64,000 bases of DNA from a virus (IMGVR_UViG_3300039155_000018:1-64000); one strand, 5' to 3'. Shown: positions 1 through 9,361, counted from the stretch's first letter. Program-made: numbers and translations. Notes: generated by a model not told the origin, from the sequence alone.

Positions 1-748
1 TTGCCGCTGCTTGGCTATTCGTCACGAAGACCATGTAGAGCTGCGATCCCGTGGAGGCAAGGAGTATACAGTTGCACATATTCAAGACGAACTTATGTGT
101 GTGATGAAAGTTGGTGAAGTGTGGGATGGTGAAATTTATAAACACGGCTTACCGCTAGAACACATCATGTCCGCAGCCAAGAAGCCTAATGAAAATACAC
201 CATCCTTGGAGTATGTTCTGTTCGATGTTGTTACAGAAGGTGTGTATGAAGACCGCCTAATAGAATTACAACGAATCCGCCGACATGTTCTCGACAGCGA
301 TAGTTGTGTTAAGGTATTGAAGTGGGCTATAGCAGAGAACGAAGAGCAGATGAAAGAGCTGCATGACCAGTATGTCTCTGATGGGTATGAAGGCATAATG
401 GTCAAGAACTTCAAGGGTTTGTACGAAAGTGGTAAGCGCAGTGCAGACTTACAAAAAATGAAATTATTCTTCGATGAAGAATTTGAGATTGTAGCGATCC
501 ACGGAGACCGTAACGGTAATGCTGTGTTTGAGGTGTTTGATCCTCTGGCCGATGCGACCTTTACTGTTTGCTATGGGAGCTTTGAAGAACGGAAGTACCA
601 ACTGGCACACCCTGAAGAGTTTATTGGGAAGTGGTTGACTGTGCAGTATCAAACCCGCTATGCTGACAGCCGTCTACTACAATTCCCTGTAGGTAAACTC
701 ATCCGGGAAGGTAAGGTAGTAGGTGGAGAATTCAAACCTGAAATCTGA
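1..748 (+). CDS. ATP-dependent DNA ligase, C-terminal part (5'-truncated by window edge)
   Basis: The reading frame is open from the window edge (the track 'M' at 11 is a TTG). It carries ligase motif IV-like EGIMVK and motif V-like GKRSADLQKMK, followed by an OB-fold-like C-terminus. Size and order resemble T7/T4-type ATP ligases. Confidence 0.65.
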   Translation, partial: CRCLAIRHEDHVELRSRGGKEYTVAHIQDELMCVMKVGEVWDGEIYKHGLPLEHIMSAAKKPNENTPSLEYVLFDVVTEGVYEDRLIELQRIRRHVLDSDSCVKVLKWAIAENEEQMKELHDQYVSDGYEGIMVKNFKGLYESGKRSADLQKMKLFFDEEFEIVAIHGDRNGNAVFEVFDPLADATFTVCYGSFEERKYQLAHPEEFIGKWLTVQYQTRYADSRLLQFPVGKLIREGKVVGGEFKPEI

Positions 749-757
749 GGAGAAATA

Positions 758-952
758 ATGCAACAAATTGAAACCAGTACTGAGCAGAATGTACCACCCA
801 TCGAGGGCATGTTACAAACTCCTAATGTGCGTCAACGGATGTTCCGTACACATGACGCGCTTTGTAATTATGTAAAGTCTTTCCGCATCTACGAGTACAA
901 TGTTCGTCTGAAACAAGATAACACTTTTGAAATGACATATCAGGAGGGTTGA
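758..952 (+). CDS. hypothetical protein
   Basis: A 64-aa ORF that starts 7 nt after the ligase stop, with GAGGAG upstream. Confidence 0.35.
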   Translation: MQQIETSTEQNVPPIEGMLQTPNVRQRMFRTHDALCNYVKSFRIYEYNVRLKQDNTFEMTYQEG

Positions 953-1179
953 TGGAACACACCCATGACAAGGTATCAATTCCTGCATCCTCCTACAAAT
1001 CACTGGTACAGGATGCCAAGCGCCTTCAATTTCTGATTGATGAACGGTGCGTAATCACCACAACACAGATTTGGGAGAAAGACCATTATCGCCTGGAATG
1101 GCCCTTTGATGGATATGTTCAACGGAGTTGGTATACTTCTGCCGAAGAAGCTATTGATGCACAAATGGAAGCCTCCTAG
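949..1179 (+). CDS. hypothetical protein
   Basis: A 76-aa ORF whose ATGA start overlaps the previous stop. Confidence 0.4.
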   Translation: MMEHTHDKVSIPASSYKSLVQDAKRLQFLIDERCVITTTQIWEKDHYRLEWPFDGYVQRSWYTSAEEAIDAQMEAS

Positions 1180-1275
1180 AACGCTCTACAAGACGTTTTA
1201 AGGGTGTGGGATATACGAGGGTGGCTCTTACATGAGAAAAGAGCTTATAACGCAATATAGGAGGTTTTAGAAACC

Positions 1276-1557
1276 ATGTTAAAGATTACGCTTGAAGGTG
1301 GTATTGAAGATATTGAAGGTCTTCTTGGGGATCAAGAAGATACTTATCCCGATATTGTTCTTATGGGCAAGCATTTCTCACTGATCTCTTGTGATATTCA
1401 TCGTTGGATTGGGGCAGGCGACATCAAGGTTGTATTTTTTGGTCTGCCAAACCTGAATCTTCAAGAAGAGGCAGTAGCAGAAGATGCTGTTCGTAAAGCA
1501 AAAGAAAGTCTTGAGGCTGCTGAAGCTACTCTGAAGAAGATTAAGGAGAAGAAGTGA
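1276..1557 (+). CDS. hypothetical protein
   Basis: A 93-aa ORF preceded by the translation-initiation region taggaggttttaga. The same string precedes the ORF at 2252. Confidence 0.5.
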   Translation: MLKITLEGGIEDIEGLLGDQEDTYPDIVLMGKHFSLISCDIHRWIGAGDIKVVFFGLPNLNLQEEAVAEDAVRKAKESLEAAEATLKKIKEKK

Positions 1558-2240
1558 GCCACGTAAAAGAGTATGATCTGAGGAATCACGCTGGTCGTAT
1601 TTTCTTCACTTCAGACATTCATGGGGACTTTGATCTACTGCACGAGAAAATGGCTGAGGTTTCATTTGATACACAGAATGACCTGCTCTTTGTGGGTGGG
1701 GATAATACAGATCGTGGTCCAAACTCTGCTTGGGTTCTAGATTATATTAATGAATCATGGTTTATCTCTGTAGCAGGCAACCACGAAGAAATGTTCCTGT
1801 CTGCTTACGAGTCGGGACTACAACTAGAAGGATATCCTTCTAGGATGTTGAGAGTAAATGGAGGCGAGTGGGTATTCCAAGAAACCAATGGACATCTTCT
1901 GGATGCTGTATATGAGAGTTTCTTGTGTCTCCCGCTAGCCATCGAGCTGATCCTTCCGAACAAACGTGTAGGGATTATTCATGCAGAAGTACCCTATGGG
2001 GATTGGGAGCTATTCAAAAGTTGTACTGGTGTAGAGCTTGAGATGAACGCGCAAGCTATTGTACAATGGGCTAGAACCAAGTATGATAGGAAGATTCAAA
2101 CAGCAGTGAAGAACATCGACGAAGTATATGTTGGGCACACACCGACAGATTCTCTCACTGTAGAAACTCTTGGTAATGTACATTACTGTGACTTGGGTTG
2201 TTTCTTTAGTGGTAATCTAGCATTTGTGGAAATAAAATAG
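1554..2240 (+). CDS. Ser/Thr protein phosphatase, PPP family (lambda phosphatase/ApaH-like metallophosphoesterase)
   Basis: It carries the motifs DIHGD, GDNTDRGPNS and GNHEEMF. These are the GDxHG / GDxxDRG / GNHE signature of PPP phosphatases. Its start overlaps the upstream ORF stop. Confidence 0.75.
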   Translation: MSHVKEYDLRNHAGRIFFTSDIHGDFDLLHEKMAEVSFDTQNDLLFVGGDNTDRGPNSAWVLDYINESWFISVAGNHEEMFLSAYESGLQLEGYPSRMLRVNGGEWVFQETNGHLLDAVYESFLCLPLAIELILPNKRVGIIHAEVPYGDWELFKSCTGVELEMNAQAIVQWARTKYDRKIQTAVKNIDEVYVGHTPTDSLTVETLGNVHYCDLGCFFSGNLAFVEIK

Positions 2241-2251
2241 GAGGTTTTAGA

Positions 2252-2554
2252 GTGACTATTAAAAAGTTCAAAGCTGTTGTGGCGGTAGAAAAAGAAATTG
2301 AGATTGAAATCAATACCGATGTAATCAATGAAAATTTCTTGAAAGAGTTCTCTGAAGGTATGTGGGAAGTCGATAATATTTCAGATATCGTAGAGCACAT
2401 TGCCTACTCCGTAGCAGTCGCAGATGGGTGTTTTATTGAAGGTGTGGGTAAGTATCCCAGTTATACAAAACGGGATGAAAATCTCTCTACTGTCGGAGTA
2501 CATGTTAAGTACAACGATTTTAACGACGGTATTGATGTTGTGGTGATTTATTAA
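2252..2554 (+). CDS. hypothetical protein
   Basis: A 100-aa ORF with a GTG start preceded by taggaggttttaga. Confidence 0.45.
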   Translation: MTIKKFKAVVAVEKEIEIEINTDVINENFLKEFSEGMWEVDNISDIVEHIAYSVAVADGCFIEGVGKYPSYTKRDENLSTVGVHVKYNDFNDGIDVVVIY

Positions 2555-2769
2555 TGAGCATTCTAATTTCAGTTTTTTGCATCTATCTTGCGATTGGTCT
2601 TGGTGTTGGTATTACATACCACACGCTGATGAACCATGTTGCTGAAACGTTTGAAGAAGACATTCCAGAGTTTAATATCAATCACGTCAAGTTTATTATT
2701 CACGTAATGGTTGCTTGGCCTTGGTTCATTCGAGACATTTCGGGAGATGAAGATGAGGAAGAGTGTTGA
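2554..2769 (+). CDS. small membrane protein
   Basis: A 71-aa ORF with an N-terminal hydrophobic helix (ILISVFCIYLAIGLGVGI) and an acidic tail. Confidence 0.4.
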   Translation: MSILISVFCIYLAIGLGVGITYHTLMNHVAETFEEDIPEFNINHVKFIIHVMVAWPWFIRDISGDEDEEEC

Positions 2770-2971
2770 GATTGATGTTGATCTCTTAGAGGATATCTTG
2801 AGTATTGCACGTCATGGAGCGTATGGGTCAGAATGGGATTGCATCCGACAGGCGGACACCTTACTTGAGGAGTTTGAAGAAAAGTCTCATCCAAGTAACC
2901 TTGACAACTTGTTTAACGGTCCCGGATATTTCTCTGGTAAGCCTGTTGACACAGAAGAAAATCTGGAGTAA
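2747..2971 (+). CDS. hypothetical protein
   Basis: An ORF in the 2711 frame. The likely start is the internal ATG preceded by GGAGATGAAG. Confidence 0.35.
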   Translation: MKMRKSVEIDVDLLEDILSIARHGAYGSEWDCIRQADTLLEEFEEKSHPSNLDNLFNGPGYFSGKPVDTEENLE

Positions 2972-3000
2972 TCTTTGAGCCACTAGAGCATTCAGTTCTG

Positions 3001-3669
3001 GTGGCTTTTGTTTATGGAGGAGAAAATGGAATGAACATGAATATCTTGATGATTGGGATGGGTTTTACCCTCACTGGATTGTCTTATCTACTTGCCACCG
3101 CGTTTGGGGTTCCTGTGGATTTGAATTGGTTGGAAATTATTGCTGTGGCAACTAGCTACTCTTGCACCATTCTGTTCATGCTACAGAAACGTGCTGCCTA
3201 TTTTTATGGCATTGTAAGCACTTTCTTCCTGTGCCTACTGTTCTTCACTCAAGGAATGATGGCACTATCTTTGTTTAATGGCATTTTGGTACTGTCTCTG
3301 GTTTACGGTTGGTTCCGGTGGGGGCCTGATGGTAAACCTCTCGCTGTGTCTTGGGTTAAAACTGAATGGAAAGCGTATGCCGGATACGTGCTCTTCTTTC
3401 TTGCTGTATGTGGACTATTCCGAATGATTGTAGGAGAGGGGTCAACACTCGATCTAACTTTAGCAGCAGGTAGTGCTACTGCTCAGCTAATGCTGGACAA
3501 CAAGCGTATTGAAAATTGGCTTGTATGGATTGTCATTAACGTGTTCTCGATTGGGTTTTTCTTGCAAGAAGGTTTGATTCTTCTGGCAATCCAGTTTATG
3601 ATGTTCCTTGTTAATGCAGTGGTGGCTCTCTACCGCTGGCACAAAGATTTGAAAAAGGAGGTTGTATGA
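3001..3669 (+). CDS. pnuC: polytopic membrane protein, PnuC-like nicotinamide riboside transporter candidate
   Basis: It is about 220 aa with several predicted TM helices and is W/N-rich near the C-terminus (NWLVWIVINVF). It is translationally coupled to the downstream NadR-like gene, the classic pnuC-nadR arrangement. Confidence 0.5.
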   Translation: MAFVYGGENGMNMNILMIGMGFTLTGLSYLLATAFGVPVDLNWLEIIAVATSYSCTILFMLQKRAAYFYGIVSTFFLCLLFFTQGMMALSLFNGILVLSLVYGWFRWGPDGKPLAVSWVKTEWKAYAGYVLFFLAVCGLFRMIVGEGSTLDLTLAAGSATAQLMLDNKRIENWLVWIVINVFSIGFFLQEGLILLAIQFMMFLVNAVVALYRWHKDLKKEVV

Positions 3670-4706
3670 GTGTAGGTATTGTTTTGGGAACCTTCCTACC
3701 TTTCCATAAAGGGCATGAGATGCTGATTAACTTCGCTAAGAACTACCCCGGCTGTGACAATTTGGTTGTCATCCTATCTTCTCGTTCGTTTGAGCCTATC
3801 ACTGGCCTTATGCGTTGGCTTGCTCTAAAATCCACATTTGAGGATGTATACATCTACCATCACGAAGACGACAATGCTCCTCAGAACCCTAAATCAGAAA
3901 ATGATGTGGAATTTTGGGACTACTGGAAGAAGGTAATTCGTCGTTCTATGTGGAGCTTTGAAGAGACTGATCCATGCTTTGTGTTTTCTTCGGAGTCTTA
4001 TGGTAGCAAGGTAGCTTCTTTGTTTGAAAACTGTCGTCATATTATGTTTGATTTCAATCGAGAGCATCAACAAGTCTCCGGCACTGTAATTCGAAACAAT
4101 CCGTTGGTGTTCCATGACAGCTTGAATATTCACATGGCGCGTTATTTGAAGAAACAGTTTGTTTTCTTTGGTGCAGAGAGTGTAGGTAAGACTACGTTCA
4201 CAAACGATGTGGCTGAATACTTCAATGCTAACATAACTGTGGAATATGCTCGGCCTTATTTGATGAGTCTTGAAGATAAAACTGTCACTGAAGAGAAGAT
4301 GGTTGATATCTTCAATGGACAGCATGCTCTTGAGGATATGGATCGTAACACTCTGTCTGGGAAGATTCTCAGTTTTATGGATACAGATATCCTCTCCACT
4401 TTCGGTTATGCTGAAATGATGGGGATGGATAGTTCTAATTTTGAGAATTTCAAGCTAAACACCGCAGATCGTGTTTATTTCGTACTCGGACAAGAGGAAG
4501 TATCTTTCGAAGAAGACATACTTCGTTACGGTGGAGATAGACGAGAGAGTAGTGATGAGTTCTGGCTTGATCTTCTGAAACGATACGGTGTGAAGGAAGA
4601 GAATATCCATTACGTGACAGGAGAATTCTTCCAGCGTCAACACTATGTGAAGAGTGTGGTACTAGAACATCTAGACAAACAATTTTATTTTGAGAGGGAA
4701 GTATGA
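3666..4706 (+). CDS. nadR: NadR-like bifunctional NMN adenylyltransferase / ribosylnicotinamide kinase
   Basis: The N-terminus has GTFLPFHKGH, the (H/T)xGH nucleotidyltransferase motif. A central FFGAESVGKTT Walker A fits the RNK domain. The 346-aa size fits NadR without the HTH domain. Confidence 0.65.
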   Translation: MSVGIVLGTFLPFHKGHEMLINFAKNYPGCDNLVVILSSRSFEPITGLMRWLALKSTFEDVYIYHHEDDNAPQNPKSENDVEFWDYWKKVIRRSMWSFEETDPCFVFSSESYGSKVASLFENCRHIMFDFNREHQQVSGTVIRNNPLVFHDSLNIHMARYLKKQFVFFGAESVGKTTFTNDVAEYFNANITVEYARPYLMSLEDKTVTEEKMVDIFNGQHALEDMDRNTLSGKILSFMDTDILSTFGYAEMMGMDSSNFENFKLNTADRVYFVLGQEEVSFEEDILRYGGDRRESSDEFWLDLLKRYGVKEENIHYVTGEFFQRQHYVKSVVLEHLDKQFYFEREV

Positions 4707-4939
4707 AAAGTGGTGAAGAATTGTTTGAGATGGATGAGGAGGAGATGGTTCAGGCGCTCAATAGTGCGATGCAGAAAGCTCTAAAAACTTACTTTGAGCA
4801 AAATGGTCCAATTGTAATTCCCGAAGAAGGGGCGACACTAGGCGAACTCTCAACCATCTTGAACCCTCTAGACAAGGTGTTACAAGATGTTCTAGAGCAA
4901 TCCCCAATCGTTAAATACATTAGCTCTAGTGTCCACTGA
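4703..4939 (+). CDS. hypothetical protein
   Basis: A 78-aa ORF. Its stop codon lies inside the first copy of the 13-bp tandem repeat. Confidence 0.4.
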   Translation: MKSGEELFEMDEEEMVQALNSAMQKALKTYFEQNGPIVIPEEGATLGELSTILNPLDKVLQDVLEQSPIVKYISSSVH

Positions 4940-5004
4940 TAGTGTCCACTGATAGTGTCCACTGATAGTGTCCACTGATAGTGTCCACTGATAGTGTACA
5001 CAGC
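4927..5004. repeat. five perfect tandem copies of the 13-mer TAGTGTCCACTGA plus one degenerate copy (TAGTGTACACAGC)
   Basis: Read directly in the sequence at 4927-4991, with a degenerate copy at 4992-5004. The 13-nt period is not a multiple of 3 and the repeat is intergenic. Confidence 0.9.
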
Positions 5005-5038
5005 TTAGCTGTAGAAAAGATGAAAAGAGGAGGAAATA

Positions 5039-5340
5039 TGAAAAAGTGGTTATTGAATAAACTAGGGCTTGTAGAGAAACGGCAACTAGACGAGTGGAAA
5101 GCCTATGCCTCTACAATCGAGAAGTGGATTTATGAAGGACGAGATATTACCTGTAGCGGACAATCTAGGGAACTAGCTAGAATGGTTACAGTCGATCTAA
5201 GCCTCTCGCAAGAGACAAGGGTCATCCTATTCAATGCAGGGCATGTAATCAACGCTGAGAACAGTTCGGTGCTAATTCATCCAGACGCTAAGGTTGTATA
5301 TTTTGACGATGACAACGGAATGAACACGGTGTGGCGATAA
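5039..5340 (+). CDS. hypothetical protein
   Basis: The ORF is in the track frame starting at 4981. The likely start is ATG 5039, preceded by AGAGGAGGAAAT. Confidence 0.45.
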
Positions 5341-5594
5341 GCATGGAAAGATTCCAAAGCACTTGGGGAGAATTGTACAACCCTTGGAAACATTGTAACA
5401 CCATCAAAGAGCGCTTAGGTTTCTTGGAAGAGTTAGAGCGTAAATTACATAGTGGAGATTATGAAATCGTGGAGGTGTGGACCCCTGTTGGTTATCATGA
5501 ACCTTCTTGCCCACGTATTTGTGAGATCAATGAGCTTGGGAAGCATAGGTTTGTACCTAATCCGAATTGTAAGGAGAAATTTGGTGAGCATTAA
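5331..5594 (+). CDS. hypothetical protein
   Basis: An 87-aa ORF with conserved-looking Cys/His content. Confidence 0.4.
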   Translation: MAISMERFQSTWGELYNPWKHCNTIKERLGFLEELERKLHSGDYEIVEVWTPVGYHEPSCPRICEINELGKHRFVPNPNCKEKFGEH

Positions 5595-6303
5595 AGAAGA
5601 ACTGAAGTCAGAAAACCAAGTAAAGCACTGCCGTGTATGCAAAGATGAAATCAACTGGACCAACACTGCCTCTGAAGATGGTTGGAGGGAGGTAGGGATC
5701 ACCTGCACTTGTGAGAAGTGCTTTGACAATCTCACTTTTGACATGGAAGAAAATATCGAAGAACTCTCTTACAATGTTAAGAAGCTGGTCCGAGAGTCAC
5801 CGAGTGTAGTTCTTGCAGGAGGGGCGCTGCGGATGCTTGTTGATCCTTGTAACGAAGAAATCTGCGACTATGACCTATTTGTGACAGATCAATCTGTACT
5901 TGAAAAACTGCTAACTGACATTCACGCTCTTGGTTACGTAAAAGTATTTGAATGTCCAAAACGAGAGCTATTCACGTTTGTAACGGAAGATGAGCCTAAA
6001 ATTCAAGTGATTAATAAGCGTCCTTACAAAGATTGTGAGGATATCATCTCATCTTTTGACATTACCGCTTGCTGTGCAGCTTGGGACGGAGAAAATTTCT
6101 ACAAGCATGAGCGCTTCGTCTTTGATGTACTGAACAAGCGCGTCAACTTAAATGTCGTGGAGTATCCAAACGCGACGCTGAAGCGTATTGTAAAGTACGT
6201 GCTGAAAGGGTACACTCTTACGCCCCAAGCCAATGACTTCTTCATCTCATCTGTTAATCAGATGGAGCTGACAGAAGAAAATCGTGTAATGTATGTAGAT
6301 TAG
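5583..6303 (+). CDS. Pol-beta-superfamily nucleotidyltransferase (CCA-adding / poly(A) polymerase head-domain-like)
   Basis: It carries LAGGALRMLVD followed by DYDLFV. This is the GGxxRD...DxD catalytic signature of class-II CCA/poly(A) polymerase head domains. The start was moved to GTG 5583, which has an AAGGAG RBS, because the upstream part of the track ORF overlaps the previous gene. Confidence 0.45.
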
Positions 6304-6315
6304 GAGGTGATTTGA

Positions 6316-6504
6316 ATGTCGCATTGGACCGCTTCAGATTTGAAACCGAAAGAGTATAAAATGTCAGAACACGTTAGTTTTGTGTATCAGAGTATCTTCT
6401 ATCACGATATGAAATGGCCTGGTGATGGTCCCGTGATCTTCTTCATGGGAGAACGCGTCCATTATGCAGAGTTCATGCAAGCTGTTAAAGGAGAATTGAA
6501 ATAA
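6316..6504 (+). CDS. hypothetical protein
   Basis: A 62-aa ORF with GGAGGTGA upstream. Confidence 0.4.
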   Translation: MSHWTASDLKPKEYKMSEHVSFVYQSIFYHDMKWPGDGPVIFFMGERVHYAEFMQAVKGELK

Positions 6505-6707
6505 TGTTTAAATTCAATATGCTTGTTGTAGAAAAAGATTCTCAGGGGTATTACCATACCCGGTGGGACTGTGCTTTACCTGTATCCGTCTATGCGGCAA
6601 CACTTGACGAAGCTGCGGAGAAAGTTAAAAATGCACTTGGTAAACCACTAAGTGACAAATACGATAAGTGGATTGTAAAGTTACAGAGCGTGGAGGAAGT
6701 GTTGTGA
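6504..6707 (+). CDS. hypothetical protein
   Basis: A 67-aa ORF with an ATGA start/stop overlap. Confidence 0.4.
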   Translation: MFKFNMLVVEKDSQGYYHTRWDCALPVSVYAATLDEAAEKVKNALGKPLSDKYDKWIVKLQSVEEVL

Positions 6708-7087
6708 AATCTAAAGCTTACGCAGTAATTGGCCACAGTTGGGACGACGACACTTACGATGCTGGCTACGAGTGGGTAGCGGGGGTGTTTGAATCAAAGA
6801 AGGATGCTGAAGCTTTTAAGGTGGAAGCAGAAAAGAATATTCCCCGTTACGATGAGTATGTTAAAAAGCTAACTAACAAAATCCTGGATTCCGTCTACAA
6901 TCACGTTTGTAGGAACTATGTGTTGGAATACGATTCTGACGCTTTCTGGGACGAGGTTCAAAGGATTCAAGACGCCCTACTACTTAAAGTGTACGAGAAG
7001 TATCCTAACCTGACTGGAGATGAATACGAAACAAACGTAAGGTTTGAGGTAAAGGAAGTGGATTATTACAAAGGAGTCCATCAGTGA
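6705..7087 (+). CDS. hypothetical protein
   Basis: The likely GTG start follows GGAGGAAGTG. The 127-aa product is acidic. Confidence 0.4.
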
Positions 7088-7098
7088 ACACTGAGCAC

Positions 7099-7242
7099 AT
7101 GACAACAGAAGAAATCATCAAGTACCTTGAGAATGGTACTATTGAGAGCCTGGATGCTAAGATTGTGCTAGCTCTTTTGGAAGAAGTGGCTGAGAAGGAG
7201 TATAATCGAGGTGTAAGTGACGGTTTGAGTGATTACTATTAA
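7099..7242 (+). CDS. small hypothetical protein (47 aa, below the ORF-track cut-off)
   Basis: ATG at 7099 and stop at 7240-7242. The product is MTTEEIIKYLENGTIESLDAKIVLALLEEVAEKEYNRGVSDGLSDYY. It fills an otherwise empty gap. Confidence 0.3.
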   Translation: MTTEEIIKYLENGTIESLDAKIVLALLEEVAEKEYNRGVSDGLSDYY

Positions 7243-7323
7243 TATGACTAGCTATATTGAAGACTTTGTAGGGGATGAGAATCCTGGAGATATTGAAGTT
7301 GCTATCATGCAGAGATTGTAGAG

Positions 7324-7554
7324 ATGCTAAATAAAATTCTTGAAGAAGGAGAGAGAGAGATGAGTTATAAAGGCTCAAACGGAAATTTCGATGCAGCTCT
7401 TATTCAATTAATTAGTAAATTAAATGACGCGAGTAACTACTTTTCAGGAGAAAATCCTGAGGTTAGTAAATTTGCATACAGTCTGCTCCGAGACTGGGAC
7501 CGCACCCGTGGAACGGATTGGTACACTAGCACGAAGAAGGAGGGTGAACAATGA
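7324..7554 (+). CDS. hypothetical protein
   Basis: A 76-aa ORF with an AAGGAG RBS. Confidence 0.4.
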   Translation: MLNKILEEGEREMSYKGSNGNFDAALIQLISKLNDASNYFSGENPEVSKFAYSLLRDWDRTRGTDWYTSTKKEGEQ

Positions 7555-8114
7555 AATTAGCTGAATTTCTTTTAAGTTGTCCAGATGGATTTAATGGGCA
7601 CAAACAAACCGATCTCGGTAAGATTTCAATGACGGACGCTGTGATTCTCCTAGGAGAGCTAGAAGACGCCTGTGTGGACATGGACATTTTCTCCTTAGAA
7701 CTTTACAGGGATGGTAGCTTTTCCATCATACAGAAAGGTTATTGGGACAGGGGAGAGCATCCAATCGGACACACTGATAGGCTTATCTGTTCGGGAATGA
7801 TTGATTTGAAAAGGGAGGAACCTGTAGTCAGGACTTGTGTGGAAGGACCGTCGGTTCAAGTGGAGGCAGATACGATGCCTCATGCTATACCACTCCATAC
7901 AGCAGACCATGATGGGACACTATCTGAGGCGCTGGCCACCATCCTACCGGCAGACCCGCTTACCGAACGTAAGCTGTTCGAGGCTCGCATGCGCCGTGTC
8001 GCACCGGGCGTAAATCTGGAGATGATCGGCGACAGGTACAACGATTTGGACACCCAATGGAAGTTTGAGCTGTGGCTGGACCGCGCTGCCTTGGCCGACA
8101 AAGGAGTAAAATGA
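7551..8114 (+). CDS. hypothetical protein
   Basis: A 187-aa ORF with an ATGA overlap to the upstream gene. Confidence 0.45.
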   Translation: MKLAEFLLSCPDGFNGHKQTDLGKISMTDAVILLGELEDACVDMDIFSLELYRDGSFSIIQKGYWDRGEHPIGHTDRLICSGMIDLKREEPVVRTCVEGPSVQVEADTMPHAIPLHTADHDGTLSEALATILPADPLTERKLFEARMRRVAPGVNLEMIGDRYNDLDTQWKFELWLDRAALADKGVK

Positions 8115-8374
8115 TGAACGAAATCCAAAAGCAATATTTAGAAATCAAGAGGAAGTTCTCTGAAGAGATGAAACCTGTACAGGAAAAGTATGCTGATTCC
8201 TTGAAAGTCCTACAAGATTCTTGTCCGCATACGAACAAAACTGTAGAATTTGACTACGATTATTCTTATGGGTCTAAGGTAGAGGTGGATTGCCCTGATT
8301 GTCGTTGGGGTTTTACGTGTTACTCAGAAGATGAACCAGCGAAGTATCAGGAATTGATGGAGGGTATGAAATGA
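8111..8374 (+). CDS. small zinc-ribbon protein
   Basis: It has a CPHTN...CPDC pair. The start was taken at ATGATG 8111 after GGAG. Confidence 0.4.
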   Translation: MMNEIQKQYLEIKRKFSEEMKPVQEKYADSLKVLQDSCPHTNKTVEFDYDYSYGSKVEVDCPDCRWGFTCYSEDEPAKYQELMEGMK

Positions 8375-8754
8375 CACCAGAACAAGCAGTTAAGTACATC
8401 GTCCTAGAAACACAGTACCGTTGGGATGATAAGGAAATCCCTGATAATCTTACGGGTGAAGAAGTGGACGAGCTGTACGATAAGGAATCTAGCCTGTGGG
8501 ACGCCAAGAGTGAAACACGAGAAGGAGAGGTAGAGACAAACATTGCTTCGGAATATTCTCGCAACTACGAAAGCAAGTCAGTAGCAGCTAAAGCCCCTAA
8601 CGGGCAATGGGTGGGATGGACCTACTGGTACGGTGGAGGTAAGCATGGATGCCCAGAAGAAATTGATTGGATAGAATATGCGTACTTCCTAGATTGTGTA
8701 GAAGAACAGAAGCTGGTTACTGTTCGGACATTTAGTAAGGTGGAGGAAGATTAA
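8371..8754 (+). CDS. hypothetical protein
   Basis: A 127-aa ORF with an ATGA overlap to the upstream gene. Confidence 0.45.
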   Translation: MTPEQAVKYIVLETQYRWDDKEIPDNLTGEEVDELYDKESSLWDAKSETREGEVETNIASEYSRNYESKSVAAKAPNGQWVGWTYWYGGGKHGCPEEIDWIEYAYFLDCVEEQKLVTVRTFSKVEED

Positions 8755-8756
8755 AA

Positions 8757-9284
8757 ATGGAAGAGAGTTATAAGAAAGTAGAGCTGTGGCTTCTAGATCA
8801 GCAAACTAAAATTGATATTGAAGAAGACTTGCAAGAAAAGAATGAACTGCGTAAAAGGTTCGACCACATACAGCGGAATTTGTCCCACTATATCCACAGA
8901 AAACTGAATGAAGGTGCTGAGCATTTCTTCTGCAAGGAGTGTGGAGAGATTGAGTTCACATCTTGGGCAAACGGGAAGACCCTAGTTGAGCACCAACTCT
9001 GCCATTATTGTAACTTCTGGCGAGAGAAAGAAGATCAGTATCTCTCCGAAGGGTTTTTGATTATTAATGGGTGTACATACTCTGACGCAGGTGCAACCAG
9101 AGGGAAGGACTCACATTACAATGGCTTCGCTGGCCATACTTTCAATATCCGTATGCTAGATGGTAGTAGGGAGTGGAGTACAAACAATCTCTGGTGTGGC
9201 GGGGACATCCCTAAGAAGTATCGTCTAACTACTATGAAGGATAATGCGGAGTTTGTAAAAACAAACAATAACCCTCTTAATTGA
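8757..9284 (+). CDS. zinc-finger protein
   Basis: It has FFCKECG...LCHYCNFW and is followed by a terminator. Confidence 0.45.
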   Translation: MEESYKKVELWLLDQQTKIDIEEDLQEKNELRKRFDHIQRNLSHYIHRKLNEGAEHFFCKECGEIEFTSWANGKTLVEHQLCHYCNFWREKEDQYLSEGFLIINGCTYSDAGATRGKDSHYNGFAGHTFNIRMLDGSREWSTNNLWCGGDIPKKYRLTTMKDNAEFVKTNNNPLN

Positions 9285-9297
9285 GGGTTTTCTTATT
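9269..9297 (+). terminator. rho-independent terminator
   Basis: The stem AACCCTC/GAGGGTT with loop TTAATT is followed by TTTCTTATT. Confidence 0.5.
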
Positions 9298-9361
9298 ATA
9301 GGAGAAAAGATTGAGTGACAAAGAGAATTGAAGTATTAGATGCAATCATGGGGAGTGTTAC

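Noticed and set aside
4927-5004. Possible CRISPR array
   Set aside because: The 13-bp units are contiguous with no spacers and there are no cas genes, so it is a simple tandem repeat.
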